In this document: positions 11,691-22,390 of the stretch, piece after piece
Numbering within the stretch: position 1 is the first letter of the stretch
Layout: the number at the start of each line of letters is the position of its first letter
Source: an uncultured delta proteobacterium
GTDB taxonomy: Bacteria; Desulfobacterota; Binatia; UBA9968
Length of the DNA: 64,000 nt
NCBI GenBank assembly: GCA_963745035.1
Contig: CAVUVW010000013.1
Coordinates: forward strand, 384,001-448,000
Reading direction: 5' to 3'
Notes under the pieces: model-generated
Database searches by the model: none
The model's input: the letters and a program-made list of their open reading frames with translations, nothing else
What the model was told of the DNA's origin: nothing
Position numbers and translations under genes: made by a program

Positions 11691-13015
11691 ATGGGCCTGA
11701 AAACCTTCGGCCTGATGGCGGTCGACTGGGAAGAGCGGGTGAATATCGAGCGGCTTGCGCCAGGATCGTTTGAATCGCATTAAAGCCGCGCTCAAAAAGT
11801 CGGAGCTCGGTTCTCTGCTTTGCTTCGACATGAACAACATCCGCTATATCACCGCCACTCATATCGGCACCTGGGCGATGGACAAGCTCGTGCGCTTCTC
11901 GCTTTTGCCGCAAGACGACGAGCCGATTCTTTGGGATTTCGGCTCGGCGGCGCGCCATCATCAGATTTATTGCCCCTGGCTCGGCGAACGCTCGCGCGCC
12001 GGTATCTCGACATTGCGCGGCGCGACTCATCCGGGCTCGGGCATGGCCGAAGACGTTGCCAAGAAGATCAAGCTTGAACTGGAGAAGCGCAAATTGTTGA
12101 ACGAGCCCGTGGGCGTGGACGTGATCGAGTTGCCGGTGCTGTTCGCGCTGCAAGCCCAGGGCATCAAAGTCGTCGACGGCCAGCAGCTCATGCACGAAGT
12201 GCAGAAAAATAAAAACCCAAGACGAGATCACGCTGCTCAATTGCGCGACCATGATGGTCGACGCCGCCTACGACGAGCTTTACCGCTTCATGAAGCCAGG
12301 CGTCAAAGAAAACGAATGCGTCGGCGTCGTCAGCAAAGTGCTCTACGATCTCGGCTCCGAGCACGTCGAAGGAGTGAACGCGATCTCCGGCGAGCGCTGC
12401 AGCCCGCATCCGCATGTCTACACCGACCGGGTGCTTCGCCCCGGCGATCCCGCGTTTTTCGATATCCTGCACAGCTACAACGGCTACCGCACCTGCTACT
12501 ACCGCACCTTCGCCGTCGGCAGCGCTTCGCCGGCGATGGTCGATGCCTATAAACGGAGCCGCGACTACATGGACGCCGCCATCAGCATCGTCAAACCGGG
12601 GATCACCACCGCCGATGTCGTGAAGCTCTGGCCTAAAGCCGAAGAGTTTGGCTTTGCCAATGAAGAAGCCGCTTTCGCTTTGCAATACGGCCATGGCGTC
12701 GGCTTGTCGATCTGGGAAAAGCCGATCTTCAGCCGCCTGGTGTCGCTCGATCACCCCGAAGTCATCGAAGAAGGAATGGTGTTCGCGCTCGAAACCTATT
12801 GGCCGGCTTCCGACGGCTGGTCCGCGGCGCGGCTTGAAGAAGAAGTCGTCGTCACCAAGGACGGCTGCGAAGTGATCACGCGCTTTCCGTCAGAAAAACT
12901 ACTCGTAGCCGGCACCCACTATTTTACCACCGGCGGCGAACTGCCGACGACGCGCGAGACGCAATCGAATCTCAACAATCCAGGAGCATTGGATCGCGTG
13001 AAAGGTAATTCGTAG
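11691..13015 (+). CDS. M24 family (Xaa-Pro peptidase/creatinase fold) hydrolase, frameshifts near 11755 and 12205
   Basis: NNIRYIT N-domain; PAFFDIL, YGHGVGL, FALETY and ARLEEEVVVT motifs. Confidence 0.85.
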
Positions 13016-13038
13016 GGGCGATCGGCCGGTCGCCCTAC
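13012..13038. repeat. GTAG-type REP palindrome supplying the stop codon of the M24 gene
   Basis: GTAGGGGCGATCGGCCGGTCGCCCTAC. Confidence 0.7.
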
Positions 13039-13064
13039 ACCGTGAACCATCTCGGCGCAAGACT

Positions 13065-14338
13065 ATGGCAACCAACGTAATCATGCCCGCCCTCGGCGTG
13101 GCTCAGCAGACCGGCACACTACTCAAGTGGCTCAAGGCAGAAGGGCAATCGGTTTCCAAGGGTGAACCGCTCATGGAGATCGAAACCGATAAGGCAACTG
13201 TTGAGATCGAAGCACCGGGCTCCGGTGTCTTGGCAAATGTGACCGCTTCACCAGGCGATGAGATTCCCGTCGGAAATCGCATCGCGCTAATCCTTGCGCC
13301 GGGTGAAGCAGCGAGCGCGACAGCGTCAGAGAGCCTTCACCCTAGCCCGGTCCGAAAGGGCGAGGGAACGAAGGATGGTCGCGCTGCTCCTCGCGGTAAG
13401 CAAGCAGCTGTAAAGCCCCCTCTCCCCCAGGGAGAGGGCAGGGGTGAGGGCGCATCGACCACGACGCCATCGCTTCACACCAGCCGAGCTGTCTCAATCA
13501 GTTCCAGCCCCGGCCGCTTGCTCGCCTCTCCCGCCGCGAGAAGAATCGCGCGCGAAAAAGGCATCGATCTTACGTCACTCAAGGGTAGCGGTCCGGAGGG
13601 AAGCATACTGGCAGAGGACGTACTGCGCGCTGCGCCGGATGGAGCACCGCAGACTCGCTGCGCAGCGCGCAACAAATCCAGCCGTTGAGCCCGATGCGCC
13701 GCATCGTCGGCGAGCGCATGACTCAAAGCAAACAGAGCGCGCCGCATTTTTACTTAAGCATGGAAATCGACATGAGCGAGGTGAGCAAGCGGCGGACCGA
13801 GTGGAAGGGACGCGGTCAAGATGCGCCATCGATCAATGATTTCATTCTCCACGCCTGCGCGGCGGCCTTGAAAGACTTTCCTTCCGTCAATGCCAGCTTT
13901 ACCGATCAAGGCATCGAGCGTTCATGCGCGAGATCAATCTCGGCATGGCCGTAGCTCTGGAAGAGGGTTTGGTCGTGCCGGTCATCCGCAACGCCGACCG
14001 CTTGAGTTTGATGGAGCTCGCTTCCCAGACTCGAGAGCTCATCGACAAGGCGCAGAAAAAGAAACTCTTTCCCCTCGATTATGAAGGCGGCACGTTCACG
14101 GTATCGAATCTCGGCATGCTCGGCGTCGATAGCTTCATCGCGATCATCAATCCGCCGCAGTGCGCGATCCTCGCCGTAGGCCAGGTCGCGCCGCGGGTCG
14201 TCGCCGACGATGGCATGTTTGCGATCAAACCTATGATGACGGCGACCTTGTCGGCCGATCATCGGGTCGATCGACGGCGCCATCGGCGCGCGGTTTCTCA
14301 AGCAGATCAAAGAAGTTTTGGAACGAGGGGAGTTCTAG
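13065..14338 (+). CDS. Dihydrolipoamide acyltransferase E2, frameshifts near 13660, 13920 and 14270
   Basis: Lipoyl motif EIETDKATVEI, PSBD ASPAARRIA, catalytic GGTFTVSNLG and LSADHRV. Confidence 0.9.
13334..13450. repeat. Inverted pair of CCCTCACCC...CTCTCCC...GGGAGAGGG palindromic elements inserted in frame in the E2 linker
   Basis: Two 34-bp inverted units (13334-13367 and 13417-13450); total span 117 nt = 39 codons. Confidence 0.75.
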
Positions 14339-14372
14339 AGGCAAACTTGTGATCGAAACAAAGGAGGCTCGC

Positions 14373-15355
14373 ATGAAAAGGATGATGTGGCTGGCAACGG
14401 CGGTTTTTATCTTTTCCAGTATTTCTCCGGTCGTACAGCCAGAAAGTCGAGCGGGTTAATTTCGTCGGCGGCCCGCCGGCTGGAGTTTTCGGGATTTTCG
14501 CCACCGGCATTGGGACTTATTTATCGAGAAGCGTACCGAACCTCGATGTCAGCGTTACCGCAACCGGAGGCTCGGTGGAGAATATTCGCCGCGTAAATGC
14601 CGGCGAAGCCGAGATGGGACTGTCGTTCGCTTCGGACGTGCATGAAGCTTTCTTCGGCCAGGAACAATTCAAAGGGAAAGCATTGACGAATTTTCGCGCC
14701 GTTGGTCTGGTCTTCGTCGGCGTGGCGCACGCGATTACGTTTGCCGACAGCGGTATCCGCACGGTGGAAGATCTCGCCGGCAAGCGGGTAGCGGTCGGTA
14801 CTCCCGGCTCGGGCACCTTCGCGAGCGCCGAACGGGTTTTCCGATCGCTCGGTGTTTGGGACAAAATCAATCGTATTCCGCTTTTGGGCGCGCAAGCTGG
14901 CGAGGCGATGAGCGACGGCAAAGCCGATGCCTTTTTCTGGACCGGGCCCTGAGCCGGACCGAGTTACGATGGAAGCGGCGACGAAGAAGCCCGTTCGCGC
15001 CATCGACATTTACACGCCGGCGACCAAGACCGACTTTTTCAAGCAATATCCATATTTCGCCCGCTACGTCTTCCCGGCAAATTCGTACAAGGGAATTGCC
15101 GAAGATACATCGACTGTCGGCATTCCGGTAATCTGGTACGTGCAGAAAGACCTGGCAGCGCCGTTGGTGCAAAAGATGGCCGAAGCCGCTTACAACAAAG
15201 ACGGCAATGCGCACATGCTGAAAGTTCACGCCGGATCGAAAGACATGGTGCCGCAGCGCGCGCTGCAAGGCGTGACGTTTCCGCTTCACAAGGGCGCCGA
15301 GGATCACTGGCGCGCCGCCGGGCTGCAGATTCCGGACGCTCTTCGCGCGAAGTAA
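14373..15355 (+). CDS. TAXI family TRAP transporter solute-binding subunit, frameshifts near 14435 and 14950
   Basis: Signal peptide, GGPPAGVF, ATGGSVENI, VAVGTPGSG and PLHKGA motifs. Confidence 0.88.
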
Positions 15356-15376
15356 GCTCGGGAGCAGCCGCGGACC

Positions 15377-17281
15377 GTGGCCGAAACACCAAGCAAAACC
15401 CGCACACTCTCGGGTTCCTGGGACGTCGCCGTCAAGATCATGATGGGCGCGACCGCGCTCTATTATGTCTGGGCATCCACGGTGGGTGTGGTCTCGCTGC
15501 AGTACTACCGCGGCATCGCCGTGCTCTACAGCCTGGTTGTGCCGCTGCTTCTTTATAAGGGTTGGAAGCGCGGCCGGGAAGATCGGCCAACGATCATCGA
15601 CTTGCTGCTCGCGCTCGGCGCGACCGCAAGCGTGGTCTATTGGATGGTCGAACATGAAGCGATGGCCTACCGCGCCGGCGACTACACTGCGCTCGACGTC
15701 GGCATGGGAGTGATCGCGACGGTCGTCGCCATCGAGGCAGCGCGGCGGGTACTTGGATTGGACATGGCACTCTGCGCCATCGTGCCGATTCTCTATGCTT
15801 TATTCGGCAATTATTTGCCGTACATCGTCGGTCACCGCGGCTACTCACCGCGCCGAATTGTCGAGTACGTCTATCTCACATCGGATGGAATCTTCGGGAT
15901 TATGGCGCAGGTGCTGGCCGAGTTCATTATTCCCTTCGTCGCCTTCGGCGCCTTTCTGGAGCGCGCCGGAGTGGCAAAATTCTTCGTCGACATCTCCCTT
16001 GCAAGCCTCGGCCGGATCGCCGGCGGACCCGCCCAAGCTTCTGTCGTTTCGAGCGCGCTCATGGGCACCATCAGCGGCAGCCCGATCGCGGAAACCGTCA
16101 CGAAAGGGCCGATTACCATTCCGCTCATGAAGCGCGCCGGTTTTCCGCCGCACATCGCGGGAGCAGTCGAAGCCGCCGCTTCCACCGGCGCAGCGATTAT
16201 GCCGCCGGTCATGGGCGCCGGGGCATTCGTCATGTCGGAGATGACGGGTATTCCCTATCTCGAAATCATCAAGGTCGCGGCCATTCCGGGCATTCTCTAT
16301 TTCGTGTCCGTGGGAGTCATGGTCTACTTCGAGTCGCGCAAACTCGGCTTGCGCGGATTACCGGCGGAGGAGCTGCCGCGCACTCGCGAAGTCTGGGGGC
16401 GCGGCTGGTATCTGTTTTTGCCGATCGCCGTTTTGATCGGCGCGCTGATGATCGGCTATTCACCGCAAGTCGCGGCGCTCTACGGCATGTTGTCGACCAT
16501 CGGTGTCAGTTGGATTCGCCAGGAAACCCGCATGGGTGTGCCACAGATCTGGCAGGCGTTGGTTGATGCGGGAAAGAACTGTCTGTTCGTCGCGGCTCTC
16601 ACCGGTTGCGTCGGCGTCCTGATCGGTGTCTTATCGCTCACCGGGATCGTGATTCGCTTTCCTTACATGCTGGTCGAGCTCGCCGGTCAGAGCGTGCTCA
16701 TCACCATCGCGCTGATCGCCTGCGCGACGCTCGTGCTTGGTTTGCCATTGCCGATTACCGCGACGTATTTAATCGTCGCGGTCGTTGCGGTGCCCGCGTT
16801 GATCAAGCTCGGCGTGCCGATGCTCCCGGCTCATTTGTTGATTTTTTGGCTGAGCCTCGATTCCAATATCACACCACCGGTGGCTCTCGGGCCTTTCGCA
16901 GCCGCCGCCATCGCACAGTCCGATCCGATGAAGACCGGCTGGACCTGCTTTAGATTTGCCAAAATCATTTACGTTATGCCGCTGCTGTTCGCCTACACGC
17001 ATATTTTGTTGACCGGGACGCCGGCACAAAATATCGGCGCGATCGCTTCGGCAACGCTTGGCACCGTGCTATTTTCCATCATGAGCACGGGCTTTTTTTA
17101 TCTCAAAACTAAATTTTTGGAGTGGTCGCTCTTGGCGGTCGCCACGGTGTTGGCGTTTATACCAACGATTACTACCGGAATAACAGCGGTGGCGTTATTT
17201 GCCGCGGTATTCCTTTGGCAGCGCCGCCGCGCCGCGGCGTTGATTCCCGCAAATCAACCCGCGGAGATCGCTGTCAAATGA
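15377..17281 (+). CDS. TRAP transporter 4TM/12TM fused permease
   Basis: GGPAQASVVSS, AVEAAASTG and ITPPVAL motifs; intact 634 aa. Confidence 0.92.
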   Translation: MAETPSKTRTLSGSWDVAVKIMMGATALYYVWASTVGVVSLQYYRGIAVLYSLVVPLLLYKGWKRGREDRPTIIDLLLALGATASVVYWMVEHEAMAYRAGDYTALDVGMGVIATVVAIEAARRVLGLDMALCAIVPILYALFGNYLPYIVGHRGYSPRRIVEYVYLTSDGIFGIMAQVLAEFIIPFVAFGAFLERAGVAKFFVDISLASLGRIAGGPAQASVVSSALMGTISGSPIAETVTKGPITIPLMKRAGFPPHIAGAVEAAASTGAAIMPPVMGAGAFVMSEMTGIPYLEIIKVAAIPGILYFVSVGVMVYFESRKLGLRGLPAEELPRTREVWGRGWYLFLPIAVLIGALMIGYSPQVAALYGMLSTIGVSWIRQETRMGVPQIWQALVDAGKNCLFVAALTGCVGVLIGVLSLTGIVIRFPYMLVELAGQSVLITIALIACATLVLGLPLPITATYLIVAVVAVPALIKLGVPMLPAHLLIFWLSLDSNITPPVALGPFAAAAIAQSDPMKTGWTCFRFAKIIYVMPLLFAYTHILLTGTPAQNIGAIASATLGTVLFSIMSTGFFYLKTKFLEWSLLAVATVLAFIPTITTGITAVALFAAVFLWQRRRAAALIPANQPAEIAVK

Positions 17282-17568
17282 ATCCGCCTGATCTTCCCGG
17301 CGAAGAGCCCATAGTCTTGCCGATCGAGGATAGACTCGACCTTCATGCTTTTCAGCCCAAGGACGTAGCCAGCGTTGTCGAGGAATATTTAGACGAGTGC
17401 CGGCGAGCGGGGTTTTCGAAAGTACGCTTGATTCACGGCAAAGGCAAAGGCGTGCAGCGCAACATCATTCGCGCGCTGCTGGAAAAACATGCCAACGTCG
17501 AGTCTTTTCAGGATGCGCCGCTCGAAGCCGGCGGTTGGGGCGCGACCGTGGTAATTCTGAAAGCCTGA
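17278..17568 (+). CDS. Stand-alone Smr domain protein
   Basis: LDLHAF, LIHGKGKG and GGWGATVV motifs; ATGA overlap with the permease gene. Confidence 0.88.
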   Translation: MNPPDLPGEEPIVLPIEDRLDLHAFQPKDVASVVEEYLDECRRAGFSKVRLIHGKGKGVQRNIIRALLEKHANVESFQDAPLEAGGWGATVVILKA

Positions 17569-17577
17569 AGCACAGCG

Positions 17578-18387
17578 TCATTGGGTTGTCGGCGCTGCCT
17601 GTAACTTCAAATATTCAACCAGCGGTTTCCAGGCCCGCGGTTCGCTATCGATGTTGCGATGTTCGGCGCAAAATCCGCTGTACGGTCCGATCGGATCGGG
17701 AACCGCAATATTGATGACCCGCGTCACACGCTCATCTTCCGCTTTGATCGCGTTTAATCCCGGACAAACAGCGAAAGATATCGGCACGTAGAAATTGAAA
17801 GCTTGGCGCACGTTGGCGGGTATCACGCCGCTCGACCAAAAGCTTTCAATGTACGCGACCATTTCCACGGGGATCGATTTCTTGGCGAGATCGCGCGCGA
17901 CCTCGCCAATGACGCGTCCGCCAAAGCTATGGCCGGTGAGAAAGAGCCGGTCGCCGCGCACGTAGATCAAGTCGATAGTGTCGCTGACGACGTTGCTATC
18001 GCCCTGAATCATCAGTGTCAGGTTGTTGGGAAAAAGCTTGCCGATATGGAGCGCAACCACGTGCATCAAGGAATCGTGGTAGGCGATACGATTGAGTTCC
18101 GTCTCGTTCTTAAGATCGATGGCGCGGTAGGGCGGCCACATTTGGGGATCAAACCAAGCGGCGTTTTCCCAAGGCGGCAGACTGCCGCCATAGACGCCGA
18201 TGAAGATAACTTTAGGTTGTTTGACGGCGTCGATGAGCGGCTGAATTTGGCGTTCGAAATCCGCCGGGCTGCGCACCCGTTTTAACTCCGGCGCGCGCCA
18301 TGGCTTAACCGATTCGCTATTAAAGTTAAGGCCTTGGCACCCAGCTAGGAGAACCAACGCGAGCAACGGCCAGCCGCGCCAAGGCAT
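17578..18387 (-). CDS. Putative lipoprotein with alpha/beta-hydrolase-like motif
   Basis: Lipobox LAGC; nucleophile elbow GHSFG; C-terminal EHRNID. Confidence 0.6.
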   Translation of the reverse strand: MPWRGWPLLALVLLAGCQGLNFNSESVKPWRAPELKRVRSPADFERQIQPLIDAVKQPKVIFIGVYGGSLPPWENAAWFDPQMWPPYRAIDLKNETELNRIAYHDSLMHVVALHIGKLFPNNLTLMIQGDSNVVSDTIDLIYVRGDRLFLTGHSFGGRVIGEVARDLAKKSIPVEMVAYIESFWSSGVIPANVRQAFNFYVPISFAVCPGLNAIKAEDERVTRVINIAVPDPIGPYSGFCAEHRNIDSEPRAWKPLVEYLKLQAAPTTQ

Positions 18388-18406
18388 GTCGAGCACTTTT
18401 CCAATG

Positions 18407-18904
18407 CTATTTTCGCGCGAACGGATCGTCGCCTTCATGCTTGTAAAGAAAGAAAAGCATAATTCCGACGCCGATCGTGATGAAGCTATCGGCGACGTTG
18501 AATGCCGGCCAGTGGTAGTTCGACCAGTACACGTCGAGAAAATCGATGACCTCGCCGTAAATCACCCGGTCGATCAGATTACCGATGGCGCCGCCGAGAA
18601 TAAACGCTAGCGCCGTGGCAAGGCCCGACTCTCCGGCGCGCAACCGCTTCAGCATGACGACAATGAAGCCGATGGCCAGAATGGAAACTCCGATCAAGAA
18701 CGGCAAGCGAAAAACTTCCTGGGCACCGGAAAAAATGCCGAAGGCAGCGCCGGTGTTGCGGATGTAGGTGAGATTAAAGAAACCGTCGATGAGCGGAATC
18801 GAATCGTGCAGCGACATCGTCCGGTCGACGATCGCCTTGGTGAGCTGATCGGCGACAACGATTACCGTTATCCAAATGGAAACGATCTTCCATTTGGCGC
18901 TCAC
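18407..18904 (-). CDS. lspA: Lipoprotein signal peptidase II
   Basis: [17 protein letters not shown] and WPAFNVADS; GTGA overlap with ileS. Confidence 0.95.
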   Translation of the reverse strand: MSAKWKIVSIWITVIVVADQLTKAIVDRTMSLHDSIPLIDGFFNLTYIRNTGAAFGIFSGAQEVFRLPFLIGVSILAIGFIVVMLKRLRAGESGLATALAFILGGAIGNLIDRVIYGEVIDFLDVYWSNYHWPAFNVADSFITIGVGIMLFFLYKHEGDDPFARK

Positions 18905-21726
18905 GCCGCCGCTCCGGCCTTCAGCACCGCCGCGCAACGCGCGCAAACCGTAGGATGGTCTTTATTCTCGCCAACCGCGGTATCGTACTTCCAGCAGCGC
19001 TCGCACTTCCCGCCCTCTGCTTTGCTGACGACGATCCGGCACTGCAAAAGGTCGGAGTCGTAGCCTGAGCCGGCGTCTGCTGTATTCGCTATCGCGCCCA
19101 CTTGCGACACGATGAGCAGGTCCTGCAATCGTAGCCGATCGTTTCTGCTCAGTTCCATCAGAATGGAACCGCGGTCGCCGTTGCGCGGCGAGAAGGTTGT
19201 CTTTGCATCAAGCGAATGGCCGATGATTCCGGCAGTGCGGGCTTGTTCCAGAGCCTTTAGCACCTCGCCGCGCTCGCGGAAGATACGATCCCACTTCTCC
19301 GCCAACCGGGCGTCTGCGAAACTGCTGTCAGAATCCGGCATGCGCGAGAGAAAAACGCTGGCGGGCCGGCGGTCTTTGTCCGGCATGTAGCCCCAGATCT
19401 CCTCGGCGGTAAACGACACGATCGGCGCCATCAAGTGAACCAACGTATCGAGGATTCGATGAAGCGTAGTTTGCGCGGCGCGCCGCGTGGTCGATTTCGT
19501 CCCCTCGCAGTAGAGCCGGTCTTTGACGATGTCCAGGTACTGAGCGCTCAGCTCGACGCTGCAGAAATTGTTGAGCGTGTGATAGACCGCATGAAATTCA
19601 TAATCATCATAAGCTTCGCGGCAGCGGCTGAGCACACTCTGCGTACGCTGCAAGATCCAACGGTCCATTTCGTCGAGCTCGTTTGTCGCGATCGAATCCT
19701 TCTCCGGATCGAAGTCGTAGAGATTGCTGATCAAAAACCGCGCAGTGTTTCGCAGTCGGCGATAGGCCTCGATTAACCGGTTGAGAATTTCATCCGAAAT
19801 GCGCACGTCCTCGCGAAAATCTTCCGCGGCGACCCAGAGGCGCAGAATCTCGGCGCCCGACTTTTTGATGATCTCCTGCGGCGCGATCACATTGCCCAAG
19901 GACTTGGACATCTTGCGACCCTTGCCGTCCAAGGTGAAACCGTGCGTCAAGACGCTCTCGTACGGCGCGCGCTCGCGCGTCGCCAAAGAGGTGAGCAACG
20001 CTGTGTGAAACCAGCCGCGGTGCTGGTCGCTGCCCTCGAGATAAAGATCGGCCCGGCCACCCAAGCGCGGATCGCGCTCGACGACCGACGCCCAGCTCAC
20101 TCCGGAGTCGAACCAGACGTCGAGAATATCTTCCTCGCGGGTAAAATCTTTTCCACCGCACTGCGGACACTTGAAATCTTTCGGCAGCAATTCCTCGACG
20201 GGTCGGATATACCACGCGTCAGAACCCTCTTTTTCGAAAATGCCGGCGACGTGCTCGCACAGAGTTTGATTCAGGACCGCTTCGTTGCAACTTTTGCAAT
20301 AGACGGCCGGAATCGGCACGCCCCAGGAGCGCTGGCGCGAGATACACCAGTCCGGCCGGCTTTCGAGCATGCCGTGAATGCGGTCCTTGCCCCAGGGCGG
20401 AATCCAGCGAACCTGATGGATGGCGCTAAGTGCGTGCCGGCGAAGTTCTTCTTTCTCCATCGAGATAAACCATTGTTCCGTCGCGCGGAAAATGACCGGC
20501 TTCTTGCAGCGCCAGCAATGCGGATAGCTGTGAACCAGTTTATCTTCCTTGAGCAGCGTGCCGGCGTCGCGCAATTTCTGGATGATTCGAGCGTCGGCCT
20601 TGAAAACCGATTCGCCCTTGAGATCCCCGGCTTCGGCGGTGAATTTGCCCTCGGGATCCACCGGCGCCATTACGGGCAGCGCATAGCGCATGCCGACCTC
20701 GTAGTCTTCCTGCCCATGGCCGGGCGCGATGTGAACGGCACCGGTGCCTTGATCCTGGGTGACGAATTCGCCGAGAATGACTTTCGAATCGCGATCGAGC
20801 CAGGGATGGCGGCAAACGATGCCTTCGAGGTCGGCCCCGGCCCATGCGCCATCGGTCACCTGGTAGTCAGTCGATTCAAATCCCAGAGCCTTCATCACGC
20901 TCGGGATCAGCTCTTGATTTAGGATCAGTTCGCCTTTCGGAGTCTTGACATGCCGGTACATGAACTTGGGATGTACGGCGATGGCCTGGTTGGCCGGCAG
21001 TGTCCAAGGCGTAGTGGTCCAGATGACAAAGAAAGGTCCACTCGTTGAATCGACAGGAAACTTGCCTTTTGGATCTTTGACCGAGAACTTTACGTAGATC
21101 GACGCCGAGGTATGGTCTTCGTATTCGACTTCCGCCTCGGCTAGAGCGGTCACACACGATGCACACCAGTAGACCGGCTTCTTTTGACGATAGAGCGCGC
21201 CTGATTCTACGATCTTGCCGAGCTCGCGGATTTCCTGCGCCTCATAGGCGGGATCAAGCGTGCGGTATGGATGTTCCCAATCACCAAATACGCCCAGGCG
21301 CTTGAACTCTTCGCGCTGCACCGAAATATATTTTTCAGCGTACTCCCTACACAGCCGGCGGATCTCCGCTTTGCTCATGGCGAGTTTCTTCGCCCGGCCG
21401 AGATTTTTCTCAACTTGGAGTTCGATGGGCAAGCCATGGCAGTCCCAACCGGGGACGTACGGCGCACGATGACCGGTCATCGACCTGTACTTGACGATAA
21501 TGTCCTTCAGAATCTTGTTGAGCGCATGGCCGATGTGGATATTGCCGTTGGCGTACGGCGGTCCGTCGTGAAGGATGAACTTCGGTTCTCCACGGTTGGC
21601 TTCGAGAACCTTGAAGTAAGTCTCTTCTCCATCCCATCTTTCTACCTGCTTGGGCTCGTTCTGCGGCAGATTTGCCCGCATCGGAAACGCAGTCTTCGGC
21701 AGATTCAATGTGTCTTTATAATCCAT
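18901..21726 (-). CDS. ileS: Isoleucine--tRNA ligase
   Basis: [18 protein letters not shown] and C-terminal CERCW zinc motif. Confidence 0.97.
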   Translation of the reverse strand: MDYKDTLNLPKTAFPMRANLPQNEPKQVERWDGEETYFKVLEANRGEPKFILHDGPPYANGNIHIGHALNKILKDIIVKYRSMTGHRAPYVPGWDCHGLPIELQVEKNLGRAKKLAMSKAEIRRLCREYAEKYISVQREEFKRLGVFGDWEHPYRTLDPAYEAQEIRELGKIVESGALYRQKKPVYWCASCVTALAEAEVEYEDHTSASIYVKFSVKDPKGKFPVDSTSGPFFVIWTTTPWTLPANQAIAVHPKFMYRHVKTPKGELILNQELIPSVMKALGFESTDYQVTDGAWAGADLEGIVCRHPWLDRDSKVILGEFVTQDQGTGAVHIAPGHGQEDYEVGMRYALPVMAPVDPEGKFTAEAGDLKGESVFKADARIIQKLRDAGTLLKEDKLVHSYPHCWRCKKPVIFRATEQWFISMEKEELRRHALSAIHQVRWIPPWGKDRIHGMLESRPDWCISRQRSWGVPIPAVYCKSCNEAVLNQTLCEHVAGIFEKEGSDAWYIRPVEELLPKDFKCPQCGGKDFTREEDILDVWFDSGVSWASVVERDPRLGGRADLYLEGSDQHRGWFHTALLTSLATRERAPYESVLTHGFTLDGKGRKMSKSLGNVIAPQEIIKKSGAEILRLWVAAEDFREDVRISDEILNRLIEAYRRLRNTARFLISNLYDFDPEKDSIATNELDEMDRWILQRTQSVLSRCREAYDDYEFHAVYHTLNNFCSVELSAQYLDIVKDRLYCEGTKSTTRRAAQTTLHRILDTLVHLMAPIVSFTAEEIWGYMPDKDRRPASVFLSRMPDSDSSFADARLAEKWDRIFRERGEVLKALEQARTAGIIGHSLDAKTTFSPRNGDRGSILMELSRNDRLRLQDLLIVSQVGAIANTADAGSGYDSDLLQCRIVVSKAEGGKCERCWKYDTAVGENKDHPTVCARCAAVLKAGAAA

Positions 21727-21771
21727 CGCTCGACGTGAGAGGGGGAAGCTATAAGATAACGGCGGTTACGA

Positions 21772-22149
21772 CTATCTGTGATGGTTCACACCGCGGACCA
21801 TGCGCGATGCAAATATGTCGGCCTTGTTCTCCGCGTCGGCCCAAAAAACGTAATGTCCCATCTCATGATAAACCGTGCTGATCCAGCGCCGTTCGGAATT
21901 GTACTTCCGGCCCTTTTTCCAATTCTCCGGATGCACTAAATAGATTTGGCCGTTTTCATAAGTTTTTCCAGCGGTCTTGCCCCAGTCGATGTACTCAAAC
22001 CATTCAACTTTGGGATTTCTCAGGTGATAGAAGCGGCAGAGCGCGCCGATCGCTTTGCGGAAATCAGTCGCTCGGTATTGCTGGAAAAACGCTGAGAGCA
22101 GACGGTCGACGACGCGGCGTTCCTTGATCGGCGGCAAGATCATTCTCAT
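21772..22149 (-). CDS. Small HEXXH metallopeptidase-like protein (ImmA/IrrE-like motif)
   Basis: YHEMGH...AENKADIFA. Confidence 0.6.
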   Translation of the reverse strand: MRMILPPIKERRVVDRLLSAFFQQYRATDFRKAIGALCRFYHLRNPKVEWFEYIDWGKTAGKTYENGQIYLVHPENWKKGRKYNSERRWISTVYHEMGHYVFWADAENKADIFASRMVRGVNHHR

Positions 22150-22390
22150 GTTGTTGGACCGGTATCACTTAGTTGAGTGTAATTATCATACTGGCTGGCC
22201 AATAGAAACAGGCGCGCCTTCATTCCAAAACGAAGAAAAACACGTAAATAACTGTATTCATGTAGATTTTTGGACAAAAACCTCGGCCTAAACGCGCTTC
22301 GACCCGCTCTTGCGGCAGTCGAGGAAGTGTCGTAGATTGGCGTACTTCGAGCACTCGATCGGATAAAAATCTGCGGAAACCGCGAATCTG

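Noticed and set aside
12190-12230. Programmed frameshifting at A-rich runs in the M24 gene and other split genes
   Set aside because: Indels are numerous and occur in unrelated contexts without consistent slippery or stimulatory signals; sequencing error is more parsimonious.
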